Shown here piece after piece: positions 9,908 to 21,522 of a DNA stretch of 64,000 nucleotides; within the stretch, counting starts at the first letter, position 1; every line of letters begins with the position of its first letter. The DNA comes from Rudaea sp. GTDB taxonomy: Bacteria > Pseudomonadota > Gammaproteobacteria > Xanthomonadales > Rhodanobacteraceae. The position numbers were made by a program, and so were the translations under genes. The DNA lies in NCBI GenBank assembly GCA_035606275.1, contig DATNFS010000135.1:793-64792 (forward strand), given 5' to 3'. Below the pieces are notes generated by a model that was given only the letters and a program-made list of their open reading frames with translations, was not told the origin of the DNA and made no database searches.

Positions 9908-10509
9908 CGCAATTTCCCCGGTTGCGTCGTCGAATGGAAAGCGGACAGGAACTCGATCGTTTTCAGCGTCATGTCGGTCTTCATGCCGATGCCGTGCGCG
10001 ACCGTCTGCGGATCGATGATGGTGGCCGGTTCGGCCGTTTCCATGCGGCGCTCGCGCTGCTGCTGCGGGTCTTTGGTCTTGGGATCGCTGGTCACGGTCA
10101 GGTCGCGCGTCAACAGCTGCACCGGCGTGACCTTTTCGGTCTCGATGCGGTGCATGTCGACGTCGCCTTCGAGCTTCATGATCGAGCCGTCGTGGTTGAC
10201 CCAGGCGGTCTCGGACTTGCCCTTCCACAGGTTGCCGCCATTGTCCACGATTTCGTAGTTCGGCGCGGTGACGAAGATCGAGCCGTCGTCTTCCTTGCGC
10301 ACCAGCCGTGGCGCGACCATGGTGAACGAGTGATGGCCCTGCTCGTCGAGCGCATCGAGCGTGAAATTGCCGAGCGTGTAGTCCGAACGCGGCGGCCCGA
10401 CGAAACTGTTCTCCGATTCGCGCGGAACGAACACCCAGACCAGCGCCTGGGTCGCCAGTGCGATCAGCGCGAGCAGCGCGATCGTGATGTAGGTGCTCCG
10501 GTCCATCAT
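9904..10509 (-). CDS. lptC: LPS export periplasmic protein LptC
   Basis: N-terminal [11 protein letters not shown], kdsC-lptC-lptA synteny. Confidence 0.85.
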   Translation of the reverse strand: MMDRSTYITIALLALIALATQALVWVFVPRESENSFVGPPRSDYTLGNFTLDALDEQGHHSFTMVAPRLVRKEDDGSIFVTAPNYEIVDNGGNLWKGKSETAWVNHDGSIMKLEGDVDMHRIETEKVTPVQLLTRDLTVTSDPKTKDPQQQRERRMETAEPATIIDPQTVAHGIGMKTDMTLKTIEFLSAFHSTTQPGKLR

Positions 10510-11054
10510 GCGAAGCGGGCCAGCTCGCCCGGCGTTTTTCCCTGTGCCGCGAGCAGCAGGTCGCACACCTCGCGCACTGCGCCTTCGCCGCCGCGCAGCT
10601 GCGTGCGCCAGTGCGCGCGTTCGGACACGAACGGGTGCGCATTGGCCACGGCGATGGACAGCCCGACGCGCAGCATCACGCGCAGATCGGGCAGGTCGTC
10701 GCCGCAATAGGAGGTCTGCTGCGGTTCGAGCCGGAGTGCGTGGATCAGCTGCTCGTAACAGGCCAGCTTGTCGTCCTTGCCCTGGTAGACATGCGCGATG
10801 CCGAGCTCGGCCGTGCGTTCGGTGACCATGTGGCTCATGCGCGAGGTGATGATGCCGACCTCGATGCCGTTGGCGATCAACCGCTTCAGGCCGAGCCCGT
10901 CGTGGACGTGGAAGGCCTTGAATTCGCGCCCGTCATCGCTGTACAGCAAGTGCCCGTCGGTCAGCACGCCGTCGACGTCGAACAGCGCGAGCTTGACGCG
11001 CGCGGCACGTTCGCGGATTTCGGTCGGGACGGCGTTGAGGTCGGGGTAGGGCAT
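10506..11054 (-). CDS. kdsC: KDO 8-phosphate phosphatase
   Basis: FDVDGVLTDG HAD motif, GDDLPDL, GGEGAVREVCD. Confidence 0.92.
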   Translation of the reverse strand: MPYPDLNAVPTEIRERAARVKLALFDVDGVLTDGHLLYSDDGREFKAFHVHDGLGLKRLIANGIEVGIITSRMSHMVTERTAELGIAHVYQGKDDKLACYEQLIHALRLEPQQTSYCGDDLPDLRVMLRVGLSIAVANAHPFVSERAHWRTQLRGGEGAVREVCDLLLAAQGKTPGELARFA

Positions 11055-11071
11055 TGGCTTGAAAGCAGGTT

Positions 11072-11131
11072 CGGGGCCGGGACTGTGGAACTGGCGATCG
11101 GGAAGCGTGGCTCAGGGCCAAGGGCTAATGG
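11072..11131. repeat. Degenerate 7-bp periodic array between kdsD and kdsC
   Basis: CGGGGCC GGGACTG TGGAACT GGCGATC GGGAAGC GTGGCTC AGGGCCA AGGGCTA. Confidence 0.45.
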
Positions 11132-11240
11132 AGCTGGCGGTCGAAATCGTGAAGCTCGGATTGTGGCCCGGCACGGTTAAGAAACGCAAAAAGCGATCGA
11201 GGCAAGAGTGCGGCGCGGGAGGCTCCAGAGCGTCAGGCTC

Positions 11241-12269
11241 TCAAACCACCCGTGCCCGCAGCAAATCGTGGATGTTCAACGCCCCGACCACGCGCTCGTC
11301 GGCATCGACCACCAGCAGCGCGTGGATCTTGTGCGCTTCCATCAGGCGCGCGGCCTCGATCGCGAGCTTGTCGCCGGCGATGGTCTTCGGCCTGACGGTC
11401 ATCAGCGATGTCACTGGCGTGGTGCGCAGATCGATGTTGTCGTTGTCCACGGCGCGGCGCAGGTCGCCATCGGTGAAGACGCCGAGGAGCTGACCATCCG
11501 CATCGACTATCGCGGTCATGCCGAGGCCCTTGCGCGTCATCTCGACCAGCGCGTCGGACAGGCTCGCATCGGCGCGGATGCTCGGAATCTGGTCGCCGCT
11601 GTGCATGATGTCGGCAATATGCACCAGCAGGCGCCGTCCGAGCATGCCGGCCGGATGCGAGCGCGCGAAGTCCTCATCGGTGAATCCACGCGCCTCGAGC
11701 AGCGCAATCGCCAGCGCATCGCCCATCACCAGGGCCGCCGTCGTGCTCGCCGTCGGTGCAAGGCCGAGCGGGCAGGCTTCCTCCGGCACGCTGACGTCAA
11801 GATGCACGTCGCCCATCGCCGCCAGCGAGGATTCGGCGTTGCCGGTCATCACGATCAGCGGATTGCCCTGGCGCTTGATCGCCGGCAGGATCGTCAGCAG
11901 TTCGTCGGTCTCGCCGGAATTGGACAGCGCGAGCACCACGTCCTTGCTCGTGATCATGCCGAGGTCGCCGTGGCTGGCTTCACCGGGATGGACGAAGAAC
12001 GCCGGCGTGCCGGTCGAGGCCAGCGTCGCTGCGATCTTGCGCGCGATATGCCCCGACTTGCCCATGCCCGACACGACGACGCGCCCGCTGCATTCGTACA
12101 TCAGTTCGCAGGCACGCAGGAAATTGCCGTCGATGCGCGCCTCGAGCACCTCGATCGCGCGTGCCTCGATGCCGATCACGGTCAGGGCACTGCCGCGCAG
12201 CGCGGCGGCGTCGAGCTTCGGGTTGGTCAGGACAAGTCCCGGCGCAGCGGGTTGAATGCGTGCGTTCAT
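11241..12269 (-). CDS. kdsD: Arabinose-5-phosphate isomerase (SIS + CBS)
   Basis: GMGKSGHIARKIAATLASTGTP, HGDLG, APTASTT, tandem CBS domains. Confidence 0.93.
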   Translation of the reverse strand: MNARIQPAAPGLVLTNPKLDAAALRGSALTVIGIEARAIEVLEARIDGNFLRACELMYECSGRVVVSGMGKSGHIARKIAATLASTGTPAFFVHPGEASHGDLGMITSKDVVLALSNSGETDELLTILPAIKRQGNPLIVMTGNAESSLAAMGDVHLDVSVPEEACPLGLAPTASTTAALVMGDALAIALLEARGFTDEDFARSHPAGMLGRRLLVHIADIMHSGDQIPSIRADASLSDALVEMTRKGLGMTAIVDADGQLLGVFTDGDLRRAVDNDNIDLRTTPVTSLMTVRPKTIAGDKLAIEAARLMEAHKIHALLVVDADERVVGALNIHDLLRARVV

Positions 12270-12452
12270 CTGCAAAATTGCGAGAGGGCGTCGAGGTTTC
12301 GTGCCGGTCAGCGTATCTGCGGCCGGGGTTTTTGAGTACCATGTGCGGTTCCATTGTACCGCACCGGGTTCAGGGACGATGCCGGCCGGCTGTCCGTCGA
12401 GCCGCCCGCGCGCTCCTTCGCTGCCCGCGCCCAGCCACAATTCATCCTCGCC

Positions 12453-12676
12453 ATGGACACCGACACCATCAAGACTTTGATCGAACAGGGCCTGCCGGGC
12501 GCCAGGGCGGCGGTCAGCGGTGCCGATGGCGTGCATTTCGAGGCGACCGTCGTCGCCGCCGCATTCGCCGGCAAGCTGCCGCTGGCGCGCCATCGCATGG
12601 TCTACGCGACCCTGGGCGACCTCATGGGCGGCGCGATCCACGCGCTGGCGCTCAAGACGGTGACGCCGGAAGAAGC

Positions 12677-12698
<22 letters not shown>
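12453..12698 (+). CDS. ibaG: BolA/IbaG family protein
   Basis: DGVHFEA, ARHRMVY, IHAL; directly upstream of murA. Confidence 0.8.
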
Positions 12699-14080
<1,382 letters not shown>

Positions 14081-14084
14081 AGCC

Positions 14085-14149
14085 AGGGCGAGGGCCGAAG
14101 ATCAGGCGCAGACGCCTCCGCGCCTTTCAGCCCTCGGTCCTCCGCCTTC
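14085..14149. repeat. Short inverted AGGGCYG heptamer element after murA
   Basis: AGGGCG AGGGCCG AAG ... CAGCCCT CGGTCCT CCGCCTT. Confidence 0.6.
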
Positions 14150-14160
14150 TTGCGCTTCCA

Positions 14161-14883
14161 TCAGCGTGCTGCCGCGGCCAGGCGCATCGTGACCGTCTCG
14201 CCGTTCTTCTCGACCTGCTCGATCTGCACCGGCAGCCAGTTGCGCTGCGGGGCGAACCAGATCGAAGTAGCACGCTTGCCGCCGTCGCGCTGGCGGTCGA
14301 CACGAACCGCATCGATCCGGCCTGCCGGCAGCGACAGCGACTCGCGCGCGCCCGCGACGTAGCGCTGTTCGCCCACGTGGTCCTTGTCGACGACGTGGAA
14401 GGTCAGGTCCGTGGCGCCGGCCTTCAGCCGGGCCATCAGCGCCAGCGTGACGAGATTGCGGTCCATCGCGCTGCCTTGCAGCGTAGCCGTCGACTCGCTG
14501 TCGCCGTCGCGCGTATGCGCCTGCCTTGCATTCCAGTCGAAGTCGGTGCTGCGCTGGCGCGACTTGATCGCGGCCTTTTGCGCATAAGTGTATTGCAATC
14601 CCTCCGGAAGCCCGCCGCGCCAGCGAAAAGTGGATTTTTCCACAACGTCGACGCCGAGCAGGCTGGCCATGCCCCTGGTGCCCCGCGTCTGGCTGCTGAA
14701 CTCCCACGCGTCATTGCCGGCGTCGCGCAGGGCCAGTGTCGCGTGGCCCAGCTCCTTGCCGTTGCGCAGCACCTGGTAGTCGGCCTGGAAAGGCTGCAGC
14801 GGCGCAGGTTCGGCCGCAAGGGCAGTCTGCAGGCAGGCAAGCGCCAGCAGCGCCAACGAGCGCGCAATGATATTGGGATGCAT
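14161..14883 (-). CDS. DUF3108-like exported protein
   Basis: Signal peptide, PFQADYQV, WFAPQRNWLPVQI; usual neighbour of purN and murA in this group. Confidence 0.7.
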   Translation of the reverse strand: MHPNIIARSLALLALACLQTALAAEPAPLQPFQADYQVLRNGKELGHATLALRDAGNDAWEFSSQTRGTRGMASLLGVDVVEKSTFRWRGGLPEGLQYTYAQKAAIKSRQRSTDFDWNARQAHTRDGDSESTATLQGSAMDRNLVTLALMARLKAGATDLTFHVVDKDHVGEQRYVAGARESLSLPAGRIDAVRVDRQRDGGKRATSIWFAPQRNWLPVQIEQVEKNGETVTMRLAAAAR

Positions 14884-15087
14884 CGCCTTACTCCGGTTCG
14901 AAAACAAGCCGCCGAAGTCTGCCTGCACGAACCTTAACCAATTGTCACCCGCCATGCGCGGCGGCGCAGTGCAGGCCTTCCCGCCAACCGCAAGGCACCA
15001 AGACGTCGCGGGTTCCGCGGTTACGCGGTGGCGAAGCCGTTGGCTCGCGTTGCCTGCAATGCTCTCCGCCGACGGCTTGGCGTTCGG

Positions 15088-16863
15088 CTACGCCACGCCG
15101 ACGCGCACGCTGGTCGCCTCGACGACACAATTGCGGCCGCGCGCCTTGGCGGCATACAGCGCGCGGTCGACGGCGCGCATCCAGTCATCGAGGCCCTGGC
15201 CGTCGTAAAGCGCCACGCCGATACTCGCGGTGACCTGGCCGGGCTCGACGATGCCGGGCACGGCGACCTCGGCAACCGCGTCGCGCAATTCTTCGGCCAG
15301 GTCCAGCGCCGCGTCGTGGCCGGCCGAGGCCAGCACGATGGCGAACTCTTCGCCGCCGAGTCGCGCCAGCCTGCCGCGCGCGCCGAGCGCCCGGGCGAGC
15401 CGGGCCGCCACTGCGACAAGCACCGCATCGCCGGCCGGATGGCCGCGGCTGTCGTTGACGCGCTTGAAATGGTCGAGGTCGACCAGCAGCAGTGCGTGCG
15501 GCTGCGCCGGCGCGGGCTGCGCCAGCAGGTCGCGCAGACATGTGAACAGTGCACGACGATTGTCGACGCCGGTCAGGGGGTCGCGCAGTGCCTGCACGCT
15601 CAGCTCGGCGCCATGACGGCGCTGCGCGCGCAGCAGCAGCAAAAGCAGCGTGATGATGATGGCCAGTGCGACCAGGCCGAAGATCGCGCCGATCAGGATC
15701 AGGCGCTGCCGCGCCAGCTCGTCCTCGTGGCGCAGCGATTGCGCGTTGGCCGATGCCAGTTCCACCTGCTTGGCGCGGTTGGCGTGCTCGAGCTCGCGGA
15801 TCTGCAGTTCCTTCTCGCGCGCGGCGAAACGTGTCTCGAGCTCCGCGATGGACACCGAGCCGGCCTGCTTCGGCGCATTCTGGTCCAGGTCGCTGGATTC
15901 GCGCAGGGCCTTGAGGGCCAGGGGCAGATCGCCGGCGGCTTCGGCGATGCGGCTTTGCGTGTCGAGCAGGTCAGGCAGGTTCGAGGTGAGCTTGCGTTCG
16001 CGCGTTTCGGCCACGTCGGCGGCAATTTCACTTTTTGCTTCGGCATGGCGCTTGAGCGCGCTCAAGGCACGCGCGATGTTGGCACGGCTGAGAATCGCAT
16101 ACTGGATGCGTCCGGTTGCCCGATCGATCGCATAGGCACGGCGCGCGAGTTCGAGCGCTTCGGCCGGACGCTTCTGCTCGATGTACAGGCGCGCGAGATT
16201 GTCGTCGATCGAGACGACCATCGAGTCCTCGCCCAAGGCCGCGAAACGGCTGCGCGCATCCTTGAGCAGGCCGGTGGCGGTATCGTTGTCGTTCTGGTTG
16301 AAGCGCACGATCGCTTCGAGATTGATTGCACGCGCTTCTTCGTAGGGATTTCCGGCCTCATGCCAGCGTGCGCGCGCGTGCTGGCAGAACGGCAGTGCGC
16401 GGGCGAATTCCTCGACTTCGTAATACGCATCGCACAGGGAGTAGTCCGAGACTGCGAGCAGCTGCGGATCCTTGGTTTCCTGCAGCAGGTCGGCGCTGGC
16501 GAGTGCCTGGGCGAGGCCGTCGCGCGCGCGATTCTGCGCCTGCAGGCGCTGCGCGCGCAGGAAGCCGGCGTAAGCCTTCGCGACGGTGTCGGCGTGGGTC
16601 TGGGCAAGGCCGTCGAGTCGCAGGACGACTTCGGCGATGGCGGCGTCGTCGGAAAGGACGATCGCGGCGCGTCCCATCCAGCGCAGCACTTCGCGTGCCT
16701 GCGCGGTATCGTCGCTGAGCCTGCCGCTGTCGAGCAACTTGCGCCCTTCGGCCAGCGCCTCGGTCGGCTCCGCATCGGACAGATGGCGCAGGCGCACGAC
16801 GTCCGCTTCGCCCGCGAAGGCGGCAGACGCGAAGGCCAGCAACAGCCACGCCGCGCGCAACAT
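15088..16863 (-). CDS. Periplasmic TPR-like sensor / diguanylate cyclase
   Basis: Signal peptide, helical repeats, TM, DPLTGVDNRR, DLDHFKRVND, RLGGEEF. Confidence 0.88.
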   Translation of the reverse strand: MLRAAWLLLAFASAAFAGEADVVRLRHLSDAEPTEALAEGRKLLDSGRLSDDTAQAREVLRWMGRAAIVLSDDAAIAEVVLRLDGLAQTHADTVAKAYAGFLRAQRLQAQNRARDGLAQALASADLLQETKDPQLLAVSDYSLCDAYYEVEEFARALPFCQHARARWHEAGNPYEEARAINLEAIVRFNQNDNDTATGLLKDARSRFAALGEDSMVVSIDDNLARLYIEQKRPAEALELARRAYAIDRATGRIQYAILSRANIARALSALKRHAEAKSEIAADVAETRERKLTSNLPDLLDTQSRIAEAAGDLPLALKALRESSDLDQNAPKQAGSVSIAELETRFAAREKELQIRELEHANRAKQVELASANAQSLRHEDELARQRLILIGAIFGLVALAIIITLLLLLLRAQRRHGAELSVQALRDPLTGVDNRRALFTCLRDLLAQPAPAQPHALLLVDLDHFKRVNDSRGHPAGDAVLVAVAARLARALGARGRLARLGGEEFAIVLASAGHDAALDLAEELRDAVAEVAVPGIVEPGQVTASIGVALYDGQGLDDWMRAVDRALYAAKARGRNCVVEATSVRVGVA

Positions 16864-16978
16864 GAAAACCCCCTTGTTCCGTTCTGTCGCGCACTGCCTG
16901 GCGGCGACGCGACAGCCCGGTCCATCGACACAACCTTTCAATCTTAGCAACGCGGGTGCCTGACGACCGGCAACCGCG

Positions 16979-17647
16979 TCACACCCCGGCGAGCCGGCCG
17001 TCGGCGCCCATCAGCAGCGCAGATGCAAGCTCCCTGCCGTCGAGCTCGACCGCCGACACTCCCAGTGCGACCCGTTGCGCCGCGATCAGGCGAAGCGTCG
17101 CGATCAGCAACGCCTGTTCAGCCGGGTGCAGGCGTGTGGCAAGCGAGTCGGTCGTGTCGCCGGGCAGCACCGGCAGCACCACCTGCGAGATGACCGGGCC
17201 GCCATCGAGTTGCCCGGTCACGTAATGGACGCTGGATCCATAAACAGGATCGCCGGCGGCGAGCGTGCGCGCATAGGTGTCCAGGCCCGGGTATTTCGGC
17301 AGCAGGGAAGGGTGGAGGTTGATCATGCGCCCGTGCCAGTCGGCAACGACCCCAGCATCGATCACGCGCATGTAGCCGGCCAGCACGACCAGCTGCGGCT
17401 GGCAGGCGGCGACGCGCGCGAACAGGGCCCGGTCGAAGGCGGCCCGGTCCGAAAAATCGCGCGGACGCAGCGCGACGGCCGGCACGCCGCGGCTTTCGGC
17501 GATTCCGAGCGCCGGCGCACTGCGTCGATCGGACAGCAGCGCGCGTATGTCGACCGGCAGGCGACCGCTCTGCTGCGCGTCGAGCAGGGCCGCGAAGGTG
17601 TTGCCGCGCCCGGAAGCAAGGACGACCAGGGGCAGGGGAGTGACCAA
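16979..17647 (-). CDS. purN: Phosphoribosylglycinamide formyltransferase (start uncertain: TTG 17647 or TTG 17746)
   Basis: VLASGRG, VLAGYMR, INLHPSLLPKYPG, LDGGPVI. Confidence 0.9.
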   Translation of the reverse strand: MVTPLPLVVLASGRGNTFAALLDAQQSGRLPVDIRALLSDRRSAPALGIAESRGVPAVALRPRDFSDRAAFDRALFARVAACQPQLVVLAGYMRVIDAGVVADWHGRMINLHPSLLPKYPGLDTYARTLAAGDPVYGSSVHYVTGQLDGGPVISQVVLPVLPGDTTDSLATRLHPAEQALLIATLRLIAAQRVALGVSAVELDGRELASALLMGADGRLAGV

Positions 17648-17742
17648 GGGAGGCACCTGCGGAAGCCCAGGCCGTCTGGAAATCAGAGGTCGGAGGTCAC
17701 GGGACAACAGCGCGCGGCTGCGCCTGGTCCCCGCCCGGCATG

Positions 17743-18825
17743 TCAAACGACATGCACCCGCTCGTCACCGCGTGCAGGGATCACTTCGCCGATCACCCGC
17801 GCCGGCAGTCCCAGCCCGCCCAGCGCCGCGATCGTCGCCGGCGCGGCGTCGCGCGCGACGATGACGGTGAAACCGATGCCGCAGTTGAACGTTCTCCACA
17901 TTTCCATTTGTGAAACATTGCCTTCGCGCTGCAGCCAGTCGAACACCGGCGGCAGGCGCCAGCTGCTGCTGTCGAGCGCGAGGCCCAGGCCGTCGGGCAC
18001 GACCCGGATGATGTTTTCAAGCAGCCCGCCGCCGGTGATGTGCGCCATTCCGTGGAGCGAGGGGCGCGGGGCGACGGACGAGCGGCGAGGGGAAGACGCC
18101 TCGTCGCTGCGCGCGAGCAGTTCGAGGATCGGCTTGACGTAGATCGTGGTCGGGGCCATCAGCGCCTCCGCCAGCGTCACGCCGCCGACATCCAGGTCGA
18201 ACGGGTTGCCGGCGCGGGCGACGATCTTGCGGATCAACGAGTAGCCGTTGGAATGCGGGCCGCTTGAATCGATGCCGATGATCGCGTCGCCGGCCCGCAC
18301 GCGGCCGCCGTCGAGCAGCGCCGCCTTCTCGACCGCGCCGACGCAGAATCCGGCCAGGTCGTATTCGCCGGGCGGATACATGTCCGGCATTTCGGCCGTC
18401 TCGCCGCCGATCAATGCGCAACCGGCCAGCTCGCAGCCGCGCGCGATGCCGCCGATCACGCTGACCGTGGTGTCTACATGCAGCCTGCCGGTGGCGAAGT
18501 AATCGAGGAAGAACAGCGGTTCGGCGCCCTGCACGAGCACGTCGTTGACGCACATCGCGACCAGGTCGATGCCGATCGTGTCGTGACGCTCCAGTTGCTG
18601 CGCCAGCTTGAGCTTGGTGCCGACGCCGTCGGTGCCGGATACGAGCACCGGCTCGCGATAGCGTCCGGCCAGCTCGAACAACGCGCCAAATCCGCCAAGC
18701 CCGGCCATGACCTCCTTGCGGAAGGTGCGTGCGACGAGCGGCTTGATGCGCTCGACGACTTCTTCGCCGGCGTCGATGTCGACGCCGGCAGCGCGGTAGG
18801 TGAGCGATTCGTTGTTGTCGGACAT
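17743..18825 (-). CDS. purM: AIR synthetase
   Basis: [50 protein letters not shown]. Confidence 0.96.
   Translation of the reverse strand: MSDNNESLTYRAAGVDIDAGEEVVERIKPLVARTFRKEVMAGLGGFGALFELAGRYREPVLVSGTDGVGTKLKLAQQLERHDTIGIDLVAMCVNDVLVQGAEPLFFLDYFATGRLHVDTTVSVIGGIARGCELAGCALIGGETAEMPDMYPPGEYDLAGFCVGAVEKAALLDGGRVRAGDAIIGIDSSGPHSNGYSLIRKIVARAGNPFDLDVGGVTLAEALMAPTTIYVKPILELLARSDEASSPRRSSVAPRPSLHGMAHITGGGLLENIIRVVPDGLGLALDSSSWRLPPVFDWLQREGNVSQMEMWRTFNCGIGFTVIVARDAAPATIAALGGLGLPARVIGEVIPARGDERVHVV
18051..18092. repeat. Six-unit heptamer array in frame within purM
   Basis: CGTGGAG CGAGGGG CGCGGGG CGACGGA CGAGCGG CGAGGGG = 42 bp. Confidence 0.7.
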
Positions 18826-19065
18826 GGAGGACGACTGAAAGGATGGGCGCACACAGGAAAACACGGGCCGTCTGCGAAAGCCCGGGTTGCAGAAACATTC
18901 CGTCGGGCGTGCCGCGCGGACGCCCAGCCGAGCGAGCGGAGCCGTCGGCGCCGGCAGCGACGGGTCACCGCCCGGCAGCGCGCAATTTTCCGAACGACTC
19001 GAGCCGAACGGAGCGAATGATAGACGTTCGCGCCGTGATTAGGCAGACTGGACAGCATCGATCGA

Positions 19066-19743
19066 ATGGATTTTCTCGTGCGACCCGGAGTTGCCGCCCA
19101 CCATTGCTGCGCGTTGGTTCTCATGCTCCTGGCGCTGGCTGCCGGCGCCCATGCCGGAGGCCTGTACACGGCCCAGGTGCCCGTTGCATCGCAGGACGAA
19201 GGTGAACGCGCGCAGGCGCTCAAGACCGGGCTCGGGCAGGTCATCGCGCGTGCCAGCGGTGATCCGGGCGTGCTCAGCCGTCCTGAAGTCGCCAAGGCAC
19301 TGGCCCAGGCCGAGCGCTATGTCCAGCAGTTCCAGTACCAGCAGGATGTCGTGACCGAAGCCGGCCAGCCGCAGGTTCGCCTGACCCTGGTCGCGCAATT
19401 CGACCGCGACGCGGTCGATCGCCTGCTCGGCGGCACGTCCGCCGCGACGGAGGCGGCGCCGGCACCGGCGGCCGACGCGACCCCCGGCACGTATCACCTG
19501 TGGGTCGGCGGCGTGCGATCGGGTCGCGACTACGCGCGCGTGATCGGCGCGCTGTCGGCGGTCGATTCGGTTCGCGACGTGCAGGTGGAACAGGCGCGCG
19601 GCGACGGCATGCAGCTGCGCCTGGCAACGGCCGGCTCGCTGGCGCGCCTGCTCGATGCGCTGAATGCCGGATCGGTCATGCGCGTCACCAACGCCAAGCC
19701 GCCGGTCGAGGGCCTCGACGCGTTGCTCGATCTCAAGCAGTAG
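19066..19743 (+). CDS. DUF2066-like exported protein (short form)
   Basis: Signal peptide, LYTAQVPV, ERYVQQFQY; divergent from purM. Confidence 0.65.
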   Translation: MDFLVRPGVAAHHCCALVLMLLALAAGAHAGGLYTAQVPVASQDEGERAQALKTGLGQVIARASGDPGVLSRPEVAKALAQAERYVQQFQYQQDVVTEAGQPQVRLTLVAQFDRDAVDRLLGGTSAATEAAPAPAADATPGTYHLWVGGVRSGRDYARVIGALSAVDSVRDVQVEQARGDGMQLRLATAGSLARLLDALNAGSVMRVTNAKPPVEGLDALLDLKQ

Positions 19744-19762
19744 CAGGGCCGGCCCCGTCGAC

Positions 19763-20383
19763 ATGAATCCGCCACCGGTCGAACCGCAGCTGATGGCGCC
19801 CGGCACGTCGCCGTGGCGGCATCTGCCGAACGCGTTGACGGCATTGCGCATGCTCATGGTCGTGCCACTGGCCTGGCTGATCCAGGGGGCGCACTACGAC
19901 GGTGCGTTGCTGGTCGCGGCCATCGCGGGAGCCACCGATGCACTCGACGGCCTGGTCGCCAAGCACTACGGCTGGCAGAGCTGGCTCGGTGGGGTGCTCG
20001 ACCCGATCGCCGACAAGCTGATGCTGCTGGCATGTTTCCTGTCGCTCGGACTGATCGGCGCGCATCCGTTCTGGCTGACCTGGCTCGTGATCGGCCGCGA
20101 CGTGGTCATCGTGGCCGGTGCCGTGGCCTACCATTACTGGATCGGGCGCCTGAACGCCGAGCCCACGCCACTGTCGAAATTCACGACCTGCGTGCAGATC
20201 GTCTACGTGCTCGCGCAGCTGCTGCACCTGACGACCTGGTTCGACGTGCCGACGCTGACGCACATCCTGATGTGGGCGACGGTCGCGCTCACCGTGGCCA
20301 GCGGCCTGCAGTACGTGGTGGTATGGTCTCTGCGCGCGCGGCGCGAGTTCGACAAGCGGCGCGGCGCCGGGAGCCAGGCATGA
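19763..20383 (+). CDS. CDP-alcohol phosphatidyltransferase family protein
   Basis: PNALTALR, TDALDGLVAK, LGGVLDPIADK. Confidence 0.9.
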   Translation: MNPPPVEPQLMAPGTSPWRHLPNALTALRMLMVVPLAWLIQGAHYDGALLVAAIAGATDALDGLVAKHYGWQSWLGGVLDPIADKLMLLACFLSLGLIGAHPFWLTWLVIGRDVVIVAGAVAYHYWIGRLNAEPTPLSKFTTCVQIVYVLAQLLHLTTWFDVPTLTHILMWATVALTVASGLQYVVVWSLRARREFDKRRGAGSQA

Positions 20384-21522
20384 GCATGTCGATCGCACAG
20401 CGTTGGCAACTGCTGGCTCTGGTGATCATCGTCGGCGGCGTACTCTACCTGCTCGCGCCGGTGCTGACGCCATTCGCGGTCGCGGCGATGTTCGCCTACC
20501 TGTTCGATCCGCTGGTCGGCATGCTGCAGCGGCTCAGGCTCGGCCGCAGTACGGCCGTCGGCATCGTCTTTCTCGGACTGACCGTGCTGCTGGTACTGAT
20601 GCTGCTCGCGCTGATTCCGTACTTGCAGCGGCAGGTCGCCACGCTGATCCAGGCGCTGCCGGCGTGGATCGCGTGGATGCAGAACGATGCGATCGGCTGG
20701 CTCAATGCGACCTTCGGCCTGACCCTGGAAATGCCGGACACGCAGCAGCTCGCGACGATCGTGCAGGAGCACTGGAAGGAAGCCGGCGGCACCGCGGCGA
20801 CGGTGGTGGCCAAGGTATCGCAGTCGGGCTTCGCGATCCTTGCCTGGATCGCCCGCCTGGTCGTCGTGCCGGTCGCGTTTTTCTACCTGTTGCGCGACTG
20901 GCCGGTGCTGCTCGAGCAGATCCGCGCACTGCTGCCGCGTTCGCTCGAAGCGCCGGTGATGCAACTGGCGCGCGAGTCCGATGAAACGCTGTCCGGTTTC
21001 GTGCGCGGCCAGCTGTCGGTGATGCTCGTGCTCGGCGTCATCTACGCGGTCGGCCTGCGCCTGGCCGGCCTCGATGTCGGTCCGCTGATCGGCATCATCG
21101 CCGGACTGATCAGCTTCGTGCCGTACCTCGGCGCGATCCTCGGCGTGATGGCCGGCTTGATCGCCGCGCTGGTCCAGTACCACGACTGGCTGCACGTGAT
21201 CCTGGTGCTCGGCGTGTTCGGGCTCGGCCACGTGCTGGAATCCTACGTGCTGGTGCCGCGGCTGGTCGGCGAGAAGATCGGCCTGCATCCGCTGGCCGTG
21301 ATCTTCGCGATCCTGGCCGGCGGTGAGCTGTTCGGTTTCCTCGGCGTGCTGCTGGCGTTGCCGGTTGCTTCCGTCGTCAACGTCGTGCTGCGCTACCTGC
21401 ACGCGCGCTATCGCGACAGCGGGCTGTACGGCGCGGGGCCGCTGATCGTCGTGCCCGACGCGCGGCCCGGTGGCCAGGGCGGTGCGGCCGTACCGCCGCC
21501 GCCGCCCGACGGCAACGCGTGA
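20380..21522 (+). CDS. AI-2E family (PerM-like) transporter
   Basis: AYLFDPLV, GFVRGQL, FVPYLG, GLHP, GFLGVLLALP. Confidence 0.9.
   Translation: MSMSIAQRWQLLALVIIVGGVLYLLAPVLTPFAVAAMFAYLFDPLVGMLQRLRLGRSTAVGIVFLGLTVLLVLMLLALIPYLQRQVATLIQALPAWIAWMQNDAIGWLNATFGLTLEMPDTQQLATIVQEHWKEAGGTAATVVAKVSQSGFAILAWIARLVVVPVAFFYLLRDWPVLLEQIRALLPRSLEAPVMQLARESDETLSGFVRGQLSVMLVLGVIYAVGLRLAGLDVGPLIGIIAGLISFVPYLGAILGVMAGLIAALVQYHDWLHVILVLGVFGLGHVLESYVLVPRLVGEKIGLHPLAVIFAILAGGELFGFLGVLLALPVASVVNVVLRYLHARYRDSGLYGAGPLIVVPDARPGGQGGAAVPPPPPDGNA

Noticed and set aside
8541-10707. Apparent fused or extended ORFs over lptB, lptA and lptC
   Set aside because: Extensions are off-frame readings of the upstream genes; true starts overlap upstream stops
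17648-17746. 33-aa N-terminal extension of PurN
   Set aside because: Low-complexity and partly heptamer-periodic; start not resolvable, so not claimed as protein
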